A stretch of DNA of 64,000 nucleotides, taken from NCBI RefSeq assembly GCF_964194155.1, contig NC_135901.1:28024001-28088000 (forward strand), given 5' to 3'. The notes under the pieces are model-generated. The model did no database searches and had not been told where the DNA came from. It worked only from the letters and a program-made list of their open reading frames with translations. The stretch is from Cetorhinus maximus (lineage: Eukaryota). Both the position numbers and the translations under genes were made by a program. Positions 24,131-37,100 of this stretch are shown in pieces; the stretch's first letter is position 1; every line of letters begins with the position of its first letter.

Positions 24131-27100
24131 CAATCTTAAATTTAAAAATGTGCATTTATATAACGTCTTTCACAACCACAGGATGTCCCAAAGTGCTTCA
24201 CAGCCAATGAAGTACTTTCAAAGTGTAGTTACTGTTGTAATGTAGGAAACCTGGCAGCCAATTTACACACAGCAAGTTCCCACAAATAGCAATGTGATAA
24301 TGATCAGATGATCTGTTTTTAGTGATGTTGATTGATAAATATTGGCCAGGACACCAGGGACAACTCCCCTTCTCTTCAAATTAGTGGCCATGGAAATTTC
24401 TCAGTCCACCTGAAGGAGCAGACAGGGCTGTTGGGTTAGCATCTCATCCAAAAGACAGCAGCTCAGTGCTTAACTTTGGATGTTCGATTTTTGTCCTTAG
24501 GTCCCTGGACTGGATTTAAACCAATAACTTTCTGATTCAGAGGTGAGAGTGGGATCCACTGAGCCATGGCTGACACTATAGACAAGAGTTAGAAAGGGAA
24601 AGTTACCCTTTAAAAGCCCCACCCTTAGCCTCCAGTGCCTAAAGCTAATATTAAATTCCCCTGTATAAATGACATGTATTTGACTGACAAATGTCAGTGT
24701 TGGTTTCGAGCCACAAGTTTCAACTTCCCATTTGCGCCTCCAGCGCCTTTCTGTCTCTCTATTGCTCGTGTCAATGACAGCCAGGCGACGGAGCTGAGGG
24801 CTGAATTTAGCTGAGAATAACGGGGCCTGCGCCCCAGTTGGGAAACTGCCATGGGCGTCGCACTAATAGAGAGACAGGAAGGTGCTGGAGGACTGACTGG
24901 GAAATGGGCCTCCAACCAATCGGAACACAGGAGGGGGTGACTGGGGCTGATGGTGACCCAACCCCCAGGGGTTTAGTGCCCCTGTGTCCAAAGCAGGAAT
25001 CACAGGAACAGGGTACAGTGAAGCCGTAGAGAAACCATTTGGGTGCAGAACATTGAGTGCATCCTTTTACTCTGGTCATCAAGTGATTTTTTTTAACCAT
25101 GTTCATTCCATGAAAAAACTTTTGACAGGATAATTATTTAATTTTTCTGGACTTTTCATGATTAGATATCTGCACTTTAGGGAAAGTGGGTGAGAGGGGT
25201 TGGCAGGCTCTTTAACAGAAAGTGAGTCCCTCTAAGGTAATTGGCAAAGGAGCCAGAGGGGGAGATGAGATTTTAATTTTGACTCAGCGATATAAGAAAC
25301 ATTGGGTTCAGGGAGTTAATTAACCCTTTATCCCCCTTTCCCAAACTCTGAAATGATTCACAGTGATAACCCTTATTGGTGACAGTGGTTAGATTTTATT
25401 CAGTATAAATAAGACCTGACACATGCTCATGTCTGAGCAGTAGTATCAAAGTGCAGCAGCATTACCATTACACTCTGGGTAGAAGCACCATCTCCACGTA
25501 AATGCTCCCTGCTCTGCCCCAGATGTCATGGCACCAGTCAATGCAATATGTAAAACCTCTACAAATCTCTGTGCTCGGGGAATCCCTTCTGATACTTTTT
25601 TACATCACAAAGTCTATGGAGACTGATTTAACCCAACCATTGCTGAGCTAACATTTGAATGGACCAATTACAAAACCTGTCATTGAACCAGCTGTACCTG
25701 CCCAAGCCACGTCAAACTCTCAAACAATTGGCTTCCCACGCTCTGTCCCTGGTACAGGGAGTCAGCATTCCCATGCCAAGCAGTGAAAACATGGTGGCCT
25801 TGACACCCAGGTGTCGTCTAGGATTCAAGGCACTCTTGTTTTCTCTGTCCTCTGGGAGCTGTTCACCTCCCTGTTCCCACATAGCAAGTCGTCTGTTCTC
25901 AGTTCTGCCAGATTTCTGCTGAAATTTGGCCCCTTTTATACCTTTCGGGTCAATGAAACATTTGACCAATGAAGACCCAAACCACAATTTCCTTTCCTGT
26001 CACCTGCCAACCATCCTCACCCAAAGAGTAATCACAACAGGAATAAAAACAGGAGAAGTGTAACAATCAAATTAAAAATAAATGCACAGCCAGTCATAGT
26101 TTTTAATTCAGTGTTCACTAATTAGCAAGAAAACCCGAAGTAGGGGGTCCCCCAGGATCCTTACAGTCCACACCTTCAAGGGGAGGAGAACTCTCTCTCC
26201 GACGCCTCACTCAATTTCACTCTCTTACTTTCCTAGTAAGTTCTGTTCCTACCCTGCCTAGGGTAACATCTACTCAATCTTTTCTTCTTCTGAAGGGGCA
26301 CCATGAGTTCTAGGTTACTAGTACATAAGGACATATGCTTCAAGCAACAGATCAAGCATGGATGTAAAAGATTCTCCAGCTCTCCCCTTACCCCTGTCCA
26401 ACTTGTGGACAGTTCTCACTCAGTATTATTTCTCCCAAGCCCTTAATTGTTCCAATCCAAATGTTTATCTCTGTTACTTCAATTTTACTCATTTTGTGAC
26501 CATGACCAGTGTGTTTAGTACTATACTGATTGTTTTAAAGTCAGTTTCTCTCTGGAGTATGTGTCAATACCTTGATAATGTCAAAATATTTTGTCTCATT
26601 CTCCTGGTCACATTGACCATTTGATGTCAGGCTGTTTGTTCAGTAGCTGTACATGTTTGGGACCCAGACTTCAGTCCACTTCACCATGAATTTAGGCGTG
26701 CTATTGTCTTCACATGTAACAAATCACATCTGCACACTCACACCGGTATCCCAATGTCAGGCCACATATTCTGAACTTTCAGGTGCGCTTATCAAAAGAT
26801 CAAAGTGAGTGTCTGTCTTTGGTTATCTCCCCCTGTTGTCGTCCTGATATTTCAGGTGGTGGCCAGGCTGTCAAATGTGGTTTTCTTTAAAACAAAATTC
26901 ATAGATAAGGATGTAAATATCTCCCAGAGAAATCGATCAACTTATTCATCTCATCTATACCTCCCTGACTTTCACTAGAATGTAGGTGGATACCAGATTG
27001 ATACATTCCACTGATCACCCGGGTGAGTTACTCCAATTCCTTTACTGTCCAAGACAATATATTCATCATATTTTTAAAACAGAAATCAAACATTCCCAAT

Positions 27101-28169
27101 TGATTTCAGGCTTTAACATCTTTTGTTTGCTCTTTGTTGTAGACGTCAGGCTGGGGTTGTTCTCCTTGGAGCAAAGGAGGTTGAGGGGAGATTTGATAGA
27201 GGTGTACAAGACTATGACAGGTTTCAATAAGGTGGAGAAAGAAAAGCTGTTCCCATCAGCTGATGGTACAGAGATGAGAGGGACACAGATTTAAGGTTTT
27301 AGTCAGAAGATGCAGGGGGGAATGTGAGGAGGAATATTTTTACACAGCAAGTGGTAATGACCTGGAAGTCGCTACCGATGAGGAGGGTGGAAGTAGAGAT
27401 GATGAACAAAAGGCAATTGGATGGGCACTTGAGGGAAATATGGACTTGATGGGCTGAATAACCTCCTTGTGTGTTCTAATGACTCCATGTTCCAAAGACA
27501 GAAATTTCAGTTGCTCCAGTCTCTCCAACTAACTGAAGTCCCACATCCCTGGTGCCATTCTCGTAAATCTCCTCTGCTCCCTCTCTAAGAACTTCACATC
27601 TTTCCTAAAGTGTGGGGCCCAGATATAGGGTTCCATTCTAGAGGGATAGAAGTGAAAAGCAGGGAGGTTATGTTCAACTTGTTTTGAACCATGGTTAGAC
27701 GACACTGGGAGTACTGTCAACATATGTGATCTCCATTTGGAAAAAGGAAATAGAGGCACTGGAGAAGGGGTAACAAAGATTCACAAGAATAATACCAGAA
27801 CTGAGAAAGTTTAACCCTCGGGAAAGGCTGGGACTGCTTTTCTCTAGAAAAGAGAAGACTGAAGGGTGACCTGATGGAAGTGTTTAAAAATATGAAGGGG
27901 TTCAAAACCCAATAGGCATTTCATGAGAAACGTCTTTACCCAGTGGGTGGTGAGAATGTGGAACTCACTACCACAGCGAGTGGTTGAGGTGAACAGCATG
28001 AATACATTTAAGGAGAAGCTGGATACATACATGTGGGAGAAAGGAATAGAAGGATATGCTGAAGGGGGGAGATGAAGAGGGGTGGGTGGAGGCTCATGTG
28101 GAGCATAAATACTGACAGAGACCAATTGAGCTGACTGGCCTGGCCCTGTGCTGTAGACTCAATGGAACA

Positions 28170-28400
28170 GAGACAAATCTATTTATTTTAGATCTACCTG
28201 TAGTGGTAGGAAAAACACTATTTACTATCCAGGATTAAATAAATGTCGTTCACCAGCTTTTGTGGATCATTTCAGTGGAAATGTGCACTCCCAGGCTCAA
28301 AAAGCATCAGCCACTGGAAGCAAAGTCATGAGACCAGCCAGTCCAGCAGAAAGAAACCCTCCGACCCTCCCACTTCACCAAGTGTCAGAATGAACATTAT
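28170..28400 (-). other. Orphan ZNF-family 3' UTR without its gene
   Basis: Reverse complement of 34150-34385. Confidence 0.8.
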
Positions 28401-29178
28401 CAATTGTAAGCTTAATGATGAAAAGTCTTCAAGTGCCTGTCTCTTTAAGTTCCAGATAATGTGATGTAGCTTTATGGAAAAAAAACTGGTGTTAAGGTCA
28501 GGAAGGGGTCAGAGCACCAGGTGTTCCAGGACACCCTGTTTAGATACAAGTTATAGTTCAGCTGATTGGTTCAATTTGTTGTGGGGAAACGAGGAACATT
28601 TCTTCAATTAATTCCAGATTTTTACTGATTGAATTCAAATTGCACCATCTGCCATGGTGAGATTCGAACCCACAACCCCAGAGCATTACCCTGTGTCACT
28701 GGATTACTAGTGCCAGTGACAATACCACTAAGCCACTGCCTCTGCATTCCTTAAATTGTCTGTCTAGCATCAAAACTTTTAATGTGGTTTCCCAACCTAC
28801 CACAGGCAGCTTAGACTGGTACCTTTGTAGTTTCCTTCTGTGAGAAACACCCGGAAAAAATAAACAAAAGAACCTTCCAACCAGCACAGCCCATCTCCAT
28901 GGCAACCCAGCATGCTCTGGGGAGTTCCAAACAGTTTCAAACTAAATATCTTTTCCATTCCAAACACCCTTTCATTCTGTAATTCATATGAAATATGAAA
29001 CTAGATATTTGCAACAAGTCTCAAAGAGCATCAGCCACTGGAAGCAAAGTCGTGAGACCGGCCAGTCCAGCAGAAAGAAACCCTCCGACCCTCCCACTTC
29101 ACCAAGTGTCAGAATGAAGACGGTTCAGTCCTGGATGAGATTAACAGCAGTGATAAAAGCAAAAACCAAAGTCTGTAA

Positions 29179-29433
29179 TCAGTTGAAAAGTTTCTGATGT
29201 CTCCGCAGGCTGGATGACTCAGTGAATCTCTTCCCACACACGGAGCAGATGAACGGCCTCTCCCCAGTGTGAACTCGCTTGTGTGTCAGCAGGTTCGATG
29301 ACTTAGTGAATCCCTTCCCACACACAGAGCAGATGAACGGCCTCTCCCCGGTGTGAATGCGTCGATGGGTGTCCAGTGCAGATGGGGATTTGAATCCCTT
29401 CCCACAGTCCCCACATTTCCATGGTTTCTCCAT
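29179..29433 (-). CDS. Short C2H2 ZNF paralogue D (2 intact fingers plus 1 truncated); may be non-functional
   Basis: [17 protein letters not shown] of 84 aa. Acceptor near 29800 and donor at 31390-31395 are intact. Confidence 0.55.
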   Translation of the reverse strand: MEKPWKCGDCGKGFKSPSALDTHRRIHTGERPFICSVCGKGFTKSSNLLTHKRVHTGERPFICSVCGKRFTESSSLRRHQKLFN

Positions 29434-29924
29434 GGTGCGGGTGTCCTTGTGTCTCTCCAGGGCCGATGATCAGTTGAAGCTTCGCCCACACTGAGAACGC
29501 GTGTACAGTTGCCCCCCGTTGTGAACGTGGTGATGTTTTTTCAGTCTGTGTAACTGGTTAAAGCACTTTCCACAGTCAGTGCACTGGAAACACTCTCACT
29601 CGGGTGTGTGTGTGTGTGTGTCTCGGTGTTTTTCCAGTCACATTGATGTTTGAAATCTTATGAAGGAGACAGAACAAACATTTCTCCCAAATACAAAGGC
29701 TGATGATATTCAGAACTTGATGAATTGAGTGACCCTGTCAGAACTTGATGTGAAGTTTGGTTTCAGATTTATGTTTGCAAATCCTCCTCTTCTAATATCC
29801 TGTAAAAAGAATTTACAAAATCATCACTGTCAGTACAGGATAGAAATTCAGAACAGACAATTCTCTTTATTGTGGAACATTCTTTGCATTTTTTTTAATT
29901 CATTCATGGGGATGGGGGTGTTGC

Positions 29925-30460
29925 TGGCCGGACCAGCATTTGTTGTCCACCCCTAGTTGCCCTTGAGAAGGTGGTGGTGAGCTGCTTTCTTGAACCGCTG
30001 CCGATACACCCACATTGCTGTGAGGAAGGAAGTTCCAGGATTTTGACCTTGTGACAGTGAAGGAATGCTGATATAGTTCTGAGTCAGGATGGTGTGTGGC
30101 TTGGAGGGGAACTTCCAGGTGGTGATGTTCCCATGTGTCTGCTGCTCTTGTCCTTCCACATGTTAGAGGTCACGGTTTTGAAAGGTGCAGTCAAAGAAGC
30201 CTTGGTGAGTTCCTGCAGTGCATCTAGTAGATGGGACACACTGTTGCTACTGTGTGTCGGTGGGGGAGGGAGTGAATGTTTGTCGATGCGGTGCCAATCA
30301 AGCGGGCTGCTCTGTCCTGGATAGTGTCGAGCTTTGAGTGTTGTTGGAGCTGCCCTCATCCAGGCATGTGGGGAGTATTCCATCTCACTCCTGACTTGTG
30401 CCTTGTAGTTGGCGGACAGGCTTTGGAGAGTCAGAAGGTGAGTCACTCTCCACAGAATTC
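29925..30460 (-). mobile_element. CR1/L2-type LINE 3' fragment in the intron of D (related pieces 2790-2960, 42245-42350, 44055-44225)
   Basis: YKAQVRSEMEYSPHAW in ORF 30084..30596; shared tail cagcggttcaagaaggcagctcaccaccac. Confidence 0.7.
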
Positions 30461-31129
30461 CCATTCTTGTAGCCACAAAAGCTGTAAATCTCCATCCCAC
30501 ACACACTCCCTCCATTCTCACTCTGCCGTACCTGATACACGCCCCCCAATTCTCCTGAAGGTGCCGACTCATGCTGACCAACAGATCCATGCTCACTGTT
30601 TCCTATCCTGGAAACAAAGAGATCTGAAGAACTTCATGCAGGCTGCCAGGCATATATATGACTGGACTAAAACTGTGGGTAATAAACAGTGCGTATCACT
30701 TGATTAGAGATACAGTGGGGGAAGTGAGGAAGAGATTTTATTAGGAAGCAAGTGGACATGACCTGGAACTAGCTGCCTATGAGGGTGTTGGAAGGGCAGA
30801 CGATTAATAATTTCAAAACAAAATTGGATGGATGAATGAAATCGATTTGAAGGAAATAAACTTGCAGGGGAACAGGGATATAGAGGAGAAATGGGACTGA
30901 CTGGATTGTTCTACAGAGAGTCAGCGTGGACTCGAATTGCTGAATGGACTCCTATTGTATCGTAATGACTCTTTTACTGGAAATATATAACGAAGCTACA
31001 GTGCTATATTATCAGACTAGTACTAATAATAAACATACTTTATTACAGAACCATAAATATTATATCTAATGTGTAACACATAACAACATTGGACATATCT
31101 CTGTCCTATATTAATTTACTGTCCCCTTA

Positions 31130-32120
31130 AATGTCATCCATCTCCTGGGGAAACCACCCCTTTAATTGTGAACATTAGGAAAGGGACCATCCTTTTAGCC
31201 AGACAAATAAATGTGTCAAGCTGAAGGAGCAAAGGATGTCAATGTCTTTAAGAGAGAGAGAGAGAGAGAGACCTGGGCCAACCTTTCCAGAGTCTGCACC
31301 CTCCCTGGATTCACTTCAGCTCCTGCAAGTCAACAATTTCCCCCCAGAATGAGAAAAGAAATGGAAAGGGGGAGAAAAGAAAGTGTTTTACTCACAGATG
31401 TTGGACACAGGAGGAAGTTTTAGTCTGTGTGAAGCTCAATCATCATTCACACAAAGCCCGCGCTCTGATTGGCTGGAGGGCCAGAGTCCTTCCGGTCCTC
31501 CGACTCTTCCCAATGATCAATCGCTCCGCATGCAGAAGGAAAGCGGGCGGGCTCTCCCCCGCACATGCGCAGTTTCCCCGTCCCGAGTTCTCTGAGTGGC
31601 TTCTCGCTCTGGCCGGAGCCGTCAGCCGGTTGCCTGGAAACCTTGGCTCGAGGTGGTGGAGGGGGAAGGGGAACAATGGGTTGGGGCGGGGCTCCCGTGT
31701 CCGCGCACCTGGCCTGCAGACTGGAACCTGAGGACGTCACCGCGGAGCAGAGTGATTCCTATTGGCTGATTCAGGCAGGGTTCCATTGTGGACGTCACAA
31801 TGCGGAGGTTGGACAATGAGCATCAGACCAAAACTTCCTCCTGTGTCCAACATCGGTGAGTAAATCAATATTTCCCCCTTTCCATTTCTTTTCTCATTCT
31901 GGCGGCAAATTGTTGACTTGCAGGAACTGAGGGGAAAGGAAGTGAATCCAGGGAGGTTGCAGACTCTGGAAAGATTGGCCCAGGTCTCTCTCTCTGTCTT
32001 AAATACATTGACATCCTTTGCTCCCGCAGCTTGACACATTTATTTGTCTGGCTAAAAGAATGGTCTCTTTCCTAATGTTCACAATTAAAGGGGTAGTTTC
32101 CCCAGGAGATGGCTGACATT
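31130..32120. promoter_or_regulatory. Bidirectional promoter core 4 flanked by ~300-bp inverted arms (type A left, type B right)
   Basis: 31130-31427 is the reverse complement of 31825-32120. Outward-facing GTGAGT donors at 31390-31395 (-) and 31856 (+). CCAAT, GC box, gacgtca and cacatgcgca motifs between them. Confidence 0.8.
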
Positions 32121-33177
32121 TAAGGGGGAAGTAAATGAATATAAGACAGGGGTATGTCTAGTTGTTATGTGATGCCTTGTCCATAGACTATTTAAGGCTT
32201 TATATAGTTCATTTATTCTTAGTTGTTGGCTTATAATATCGTATTGTAGCTACAGTTATATATTTCCAGTCAGAGTCATTATTGCAGGGATAGAGAATAT
32301 TCAGCAACTCTAGTCCATGCTGTAGAGAAATCTCGTCAGTGCCATTCCCTTCAACATCCCAGTTTATTTCCTTCAAGGGCCCCATCCAGTTTAATTTTGG
32401 AATCATTCATTGGCTCTGCTTCTGCCACCCTCATAGGCAGCGAGTTCCAGGCCATAAGCACTTGCTGCAGAATTAAAGTTTCACCTCATCCTCTCTGTAT
32501 TGCTAATCAGTAAATATACATATATATTTCTACACATAGATATTTAGGTTAGCAGCCTGCCTAAGATTTTCAGGTCTATGTGTCCAGGACAGGAAAAAAT
32601 GACCATGGATCTGTCGATCAGCATGAATCGGCACCTTCAGGAGAATTGGGAGGGTGTGCATTAGGTACAGCAGAATGAGAATGGAGGGCAAGTGTATGGG
32701 ACGGAGATTTATATTTGGGGAGCAAGAGAGGAAAGAATATCCCATATAAACTTGAATTGTCTCTTAATTTCTATCCTGTACTGACAGTGATGATTTTTGT
32801 AAATTCCTTCCACAGGATATTAGAAGGGGAAGATTTGCAGACAGAAATTTCAAATCAAGCTTCACTTCAAGATCTGACAGAGTCATTTGATTAATTGGGT
32901 CTTGAATATCACTGGCCCTTTGAACTGAGCAGGAGAAATGTTTGTCTGTTCTGTCTGCTTCAGAAGGTTTTAAGCTTCAGTGTGACTGGAAAAGAACCGA
33001 GAGAGACGCACCCGAGTGAGTGTTCCAGTGCACTGACTGTGGAAAGAGCTTTAACCAGACACACAGGCTGAAAAATCATTGCCCCATTCACAGTGGGGAG
33101 AGACCACAGTGTGTTTTGTGTGTGGATGAAGCTGCCTTTGATCATTGAATCTGGAGAGACACAAGGACACACGCACC

Positions 33178-34104
33178 ATGGAGAAACCGTGGAAATGTTG
33201 GGACTGTGGGAAGGGATTCAAAGCCCCGTCTGAGCTGGAGATTCATCGACGCAGTCACACTGGGGAGAGGCCATTCACCTGCCCCGAGTGTGGGAAGCGA
33301 TTCAGTGATTCATCCAACCTGTTGATGCACCAGCGAGTTCACACTGGGGAAAGACCCTACACCTGCTCTGCGTGCGGGAAGGGATTCACTCGGTTATCCA
33401 ATTTGCAGACACACCAGCGAGTTCACAACGGGGAGCGGCCATTCAACTGCCCTGAGTGTGGGAAGGCATTCGCTCTGTTATCCCATTTGCAGACACACCA
33501 ACGAGTTCACATCGGGGAGAGACCATTTATCTGTTCTGAGTGTAAGAAGGGATTTACTAATTCATCCAATCTGCAGAAACACAAGCGAGTTCACACCGGG
33601 GAGAGGCCATTCAGCTGCTCTGAGTGTGGCAAGGCATTTAATCAGTTATCCCACCTGCTGACACACCAGCCAGTTCACAACGGCGAGAGACCATTCACTT
33701 GCTCTGAGTGTGGAAAGGGATTCGTTCAGTTATCCAAGTTGCTGCTACACCAGCGAGTTCACACTGGCGAGAGGCCATTCACCTGCTCTGTGTGTGGGAA
33801 AGGATTCACACAGTCATCCACCCTGCTTTCTCACCAGCGAGTTCACAGTGGGGAGAAGCTGTTCATCTGTTGTGTGTGTGGGAAGGGATTCAGAGATACA
33901 TCCAGCCTGCTGCTACACCAGCGAGTTCACACCGGGGAGAGGCCTTTCACATGCTCCACATGTGGGAAGGGATTCACTCAGTCATCCAGTCTGCTGACAC
34001 ATCAGCGAGTTCATACCGGGGAGAAGCCATTCATCTGTTCTGTGTGTAGGAAGGGATTCACTCAGTCATCCAACCTGCTGACACACCAGCGAGTTCACAA
34101 GTGA
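33178..34104 (+). CDS. Tandem C2H2 zinc-finger protein E, 11 fingers, no KRAB/SCAN/BTB domain seen
   Basis: Intact ORF from accATGg; TGERP-type linkers; acceptor at 32815; 3' UTR with AATAAA near 34372. Confidence 0.9.
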   Translation: MEKPWKCWDCGKGFKAPSELEIHRRSHTGERPFTCPECGKRFSDSSNLLMHQRVHTGERPYTCSACGKGFTRLSNLQTHQRVHNGERPFNCPECGKAFALLSHLQTHQRVHIGERPFICSECKKGFTNSSNLQKHKRVHTGERPFSCSECGKAFNQLSHLLTHQPVHNGERPFTCSECGKGFVQLSKLLLHQRVHTGERPFTCSVCGKGFTQSSTLLSHQRVHSGEKLFICCVCGKGFRDTSSLLLHQRVHTGERPFTCSTCGKGFTQSSSLLTHQRVHTGEKPFICSVCRKGFTQSSNLLTHQRVHK

Positions 34105-37100
34105 TTGCAGACTTGGATTCTGCTGTTATTGATGCTGTTAATCACATCCAGGACTGAACCATGTTCATTCTGACAGTTGGTGAAGTGGGAGCGTCGGAGG
34201 GTTTCTTTCTGCTGGACTGGCTGGTCTCACGACTTTGATTCCAGTGGCTGATTCTCTTTGAGCCTGGGAGTGCACATTTCCACTGAAATGATCCACAAAA
34301 GCTGATTAAGTACATTTATTTTATCCTGGACAGTAAATAGTGTTTTTCCTACCACTACAGGTAGATCTAAAATAAATACATTTGTCTCATTTCCATTGAG
34401 TTGACAGCACAGGGCCAGGCCAGTGAGCTCAATTGGTCTCTGTCAGTATTTATGCTCCACATGAGCCTCCACCCACCCCTCTTCATCTCCCCCCACCATC
34501 AGCATATCCTTCTATTCCTTTCTCCCTCACGTATGTATCTAGCTTCACCTTAAATATATTCATGCTATTCACCTCAACCGCTCGCTGTGGTATTGAGTTC
34601 CACATTCTCACCACTCGCTGGGTAGAGGTTTCTCATGAAATCCCCTTCATCATCTTAAAGTCTTCCATCAGGTCACCCTTCCGTCTTCTCTTTTCTAGAG
34701 CAAAGCAGCCCCACCATTTCCTGAGGGTTAAATGCTTTCAGTTCTGGTTTTATTCTTGTGAATCTTTGTTGCCCCTTCTCCAGTGCTGCTATTTCCTTTT
34801 TCTAAATTGAAATCACTAATGTTGACATTGCTCCCAGTGTTATCTAACCATGATTCAAAATATGTTGAACATAACCTCTCTGCTTTTCAATTCTATCCCT
34901 CTAGAATGGAACCCTATATCTGGGCCCCACACTTTAGGAAAGATGTGATATTCTAAGAGAGGGAGCAGAGGAAATTGATGAGAATGGCACCAGGGATGAG
35001 GGACTTCAGTTAGTTGGAGAGATCGGAGCGGCTGAAATTTCTGTCTTTGGAACATGGAGTCATTAGGACACACAAGAAGGCCATTCAGCCCATTAAGTCC
35101 ATATTTCCCTCAAATGCCCATCCAATTGGCTTTTGACATTGTTCATCGTCTCTGCTTCCACCCCCCTCATAGGCAGCGAGTTCCAGGTTATTACCACTCA
35201 CTGTGTAAAAATATTCTTCCTCACATTTCCCCCTGCATCTCCTGTCCACAACCTTAAATCTGTGTCCCCCTCAATCTTGTACCATCAGCGAATGGGAACA
35301 GCTTTTCTTTGCCCATCTTCTCTCCACCTGTCAGAATCTATCAAATCTCCCCTCAACCTCCTTTGCTCCAAGGAGATCAACCCCAGCCTGACGTCTTCAA
35401 TAAAGAGCAAACCAAAGATGTTAATGCCTGAAATCAATTGGGAATGTTTGATTTCTGTTTTAAAGATATGATGAATATATTGTATTGGACAGTAAAGGAA
35501 TTGATGTAACTCACCAGAGTGACCAGTGGAATGTATCAATGTGGTATCCACCGACATTCTAGTGAAAGTCAGGGAGGTGTAGATGAGATGAATAAGTTGA
35601 TAGATTTCTCTGGAAGATATTTCTATCATTTGCCTCTGAACCTTTTTTTTTTAAGGAAAATCACATTTGAAAACCGAAAGTTGTAAAAGGGGCCAAACCT
35701 CAGCAGAAATCTGGCAGAGCTGAGATCAGACGACTTGCTATGTGGGAACAGGGAGATGAACAGCTCCCAGAGGACAGAGAAAACAAGAGTGCCTTGAATC
35801 CTAGATGACACCTGGGTGTCAAGGCCACCATGTTTTCACTGCTTGGCATGGGAATGCTGACTCCCTGTACTGGGGACGGAGCATGGGAAGCCAATTGTTT
35901 GAGAGTTTGACGTGGCTTGGCCGGGTACAGATGTTTCAATGGCAGGTTTTGTAATTGGTCCGTTCAAATGTTAGCTCAGCAATGATTGGGTTAAATCAGT
36001 CTCCATAGACTTTGTGATGTAAAAAAGTATCAGAAGGGATTCCCCGAGCACAGAGATTTGTAGAGGTTTTACATATTGCATTGACTGGTGCCATGGCATA
36101 TGGGGCAGAGCAGGGAGCATTTACGTGGAGATGGTGCTTCTACCCAGAGTGTAATGGTAATGCTGCTGCACCTTGATACTACTGCTCAGACATGAGCATG
36201 TGTCAGGTCTTATTTATACTGAGTAAAATCTAACCACTGTCACCAATAAGGGTTATCACTGTGAATCATTTCAGAGTTTGGGAAAAGGGGATAAAGGGTT
36301 AATTGACTCCCTGACCCCCATTTTCGAACATCGCTGTGTGAAAAATAAAATCTCATCTCTCCCTCTGGCTCCTTTGCCAATTACCTTAGAGGGACTCACT
36401 TTCTGTAAAAGAGCCTGCCAACCCCTCTCACCCACTTTCCCTGAAGTGCAGAAATCCAATCATGAAAAGCCCAGAAAAATCAAATATTTTTACTGATAAA
36501 AGTTTATTAATGAAATTGAACATGGTTAAAAAAAAACGGAAAATTACTTGAGGATCAAAGACAACCAGAGTAAAAGGCTGTGCACAATGTTCTGGACCCA
36601 AATGGTTTCTATTCGCCTCCTCTGTACCCTGTTCCCGTGACTCCCCGCTTTGGATGCAGGGGCACTGAACCCTGGGGGCCAGGTCACTATCAGCCCCGGT
36701 CACTCCCTCCTGTGCCCTGATTGGTTGGAGGCCTATTTCCCGGTCAGCCCTCCAGAACCTTCCTGTCTCTCGATCAGTGCAATTCCCATGGCAGTTTCCC
36801 AACTGGGGCGCAGGCCCTGTTATTCTCAGCTAAATTCAGCCCTCAGCTCCGTCACCTGGCTGTCATTGACACAGGCAATGGAGAGACAGAAAGGTGCTGG
36901 AGGCTCATATGGGAACTCAAAACGTGTGGCTCTGAAACTCTTCAACATTTGTCTATCAAATGCTTGTTATTTAAACTGGGGTTTTTATTATGAGATTCAA
37001 GCGCTGGAGGCATAGGGTGGGGGATTTTAAATGATAACTTTCCCCTTCTAGCATTATATTATGTATTGTGTCAGCCGTGGCTCAGTGGGTCACACTCTCA

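Noticed and set aside
31211-31423. Recurrent small ORFs (MCQAEGAKDV..., MRKEMERG..., MFYSQMLD...) as a protein family
   Set aside because: They are antisense readings of the repeated exon-1/intron arm, and (GA)n length changes shift frames between copies.
31130-32120. Inverted arms as terminal inverted repeats of a DNA transposon
   Set aside because: Arms continue outward into homologous introns and genes, also occur singly, and show no target duplication or transposase.
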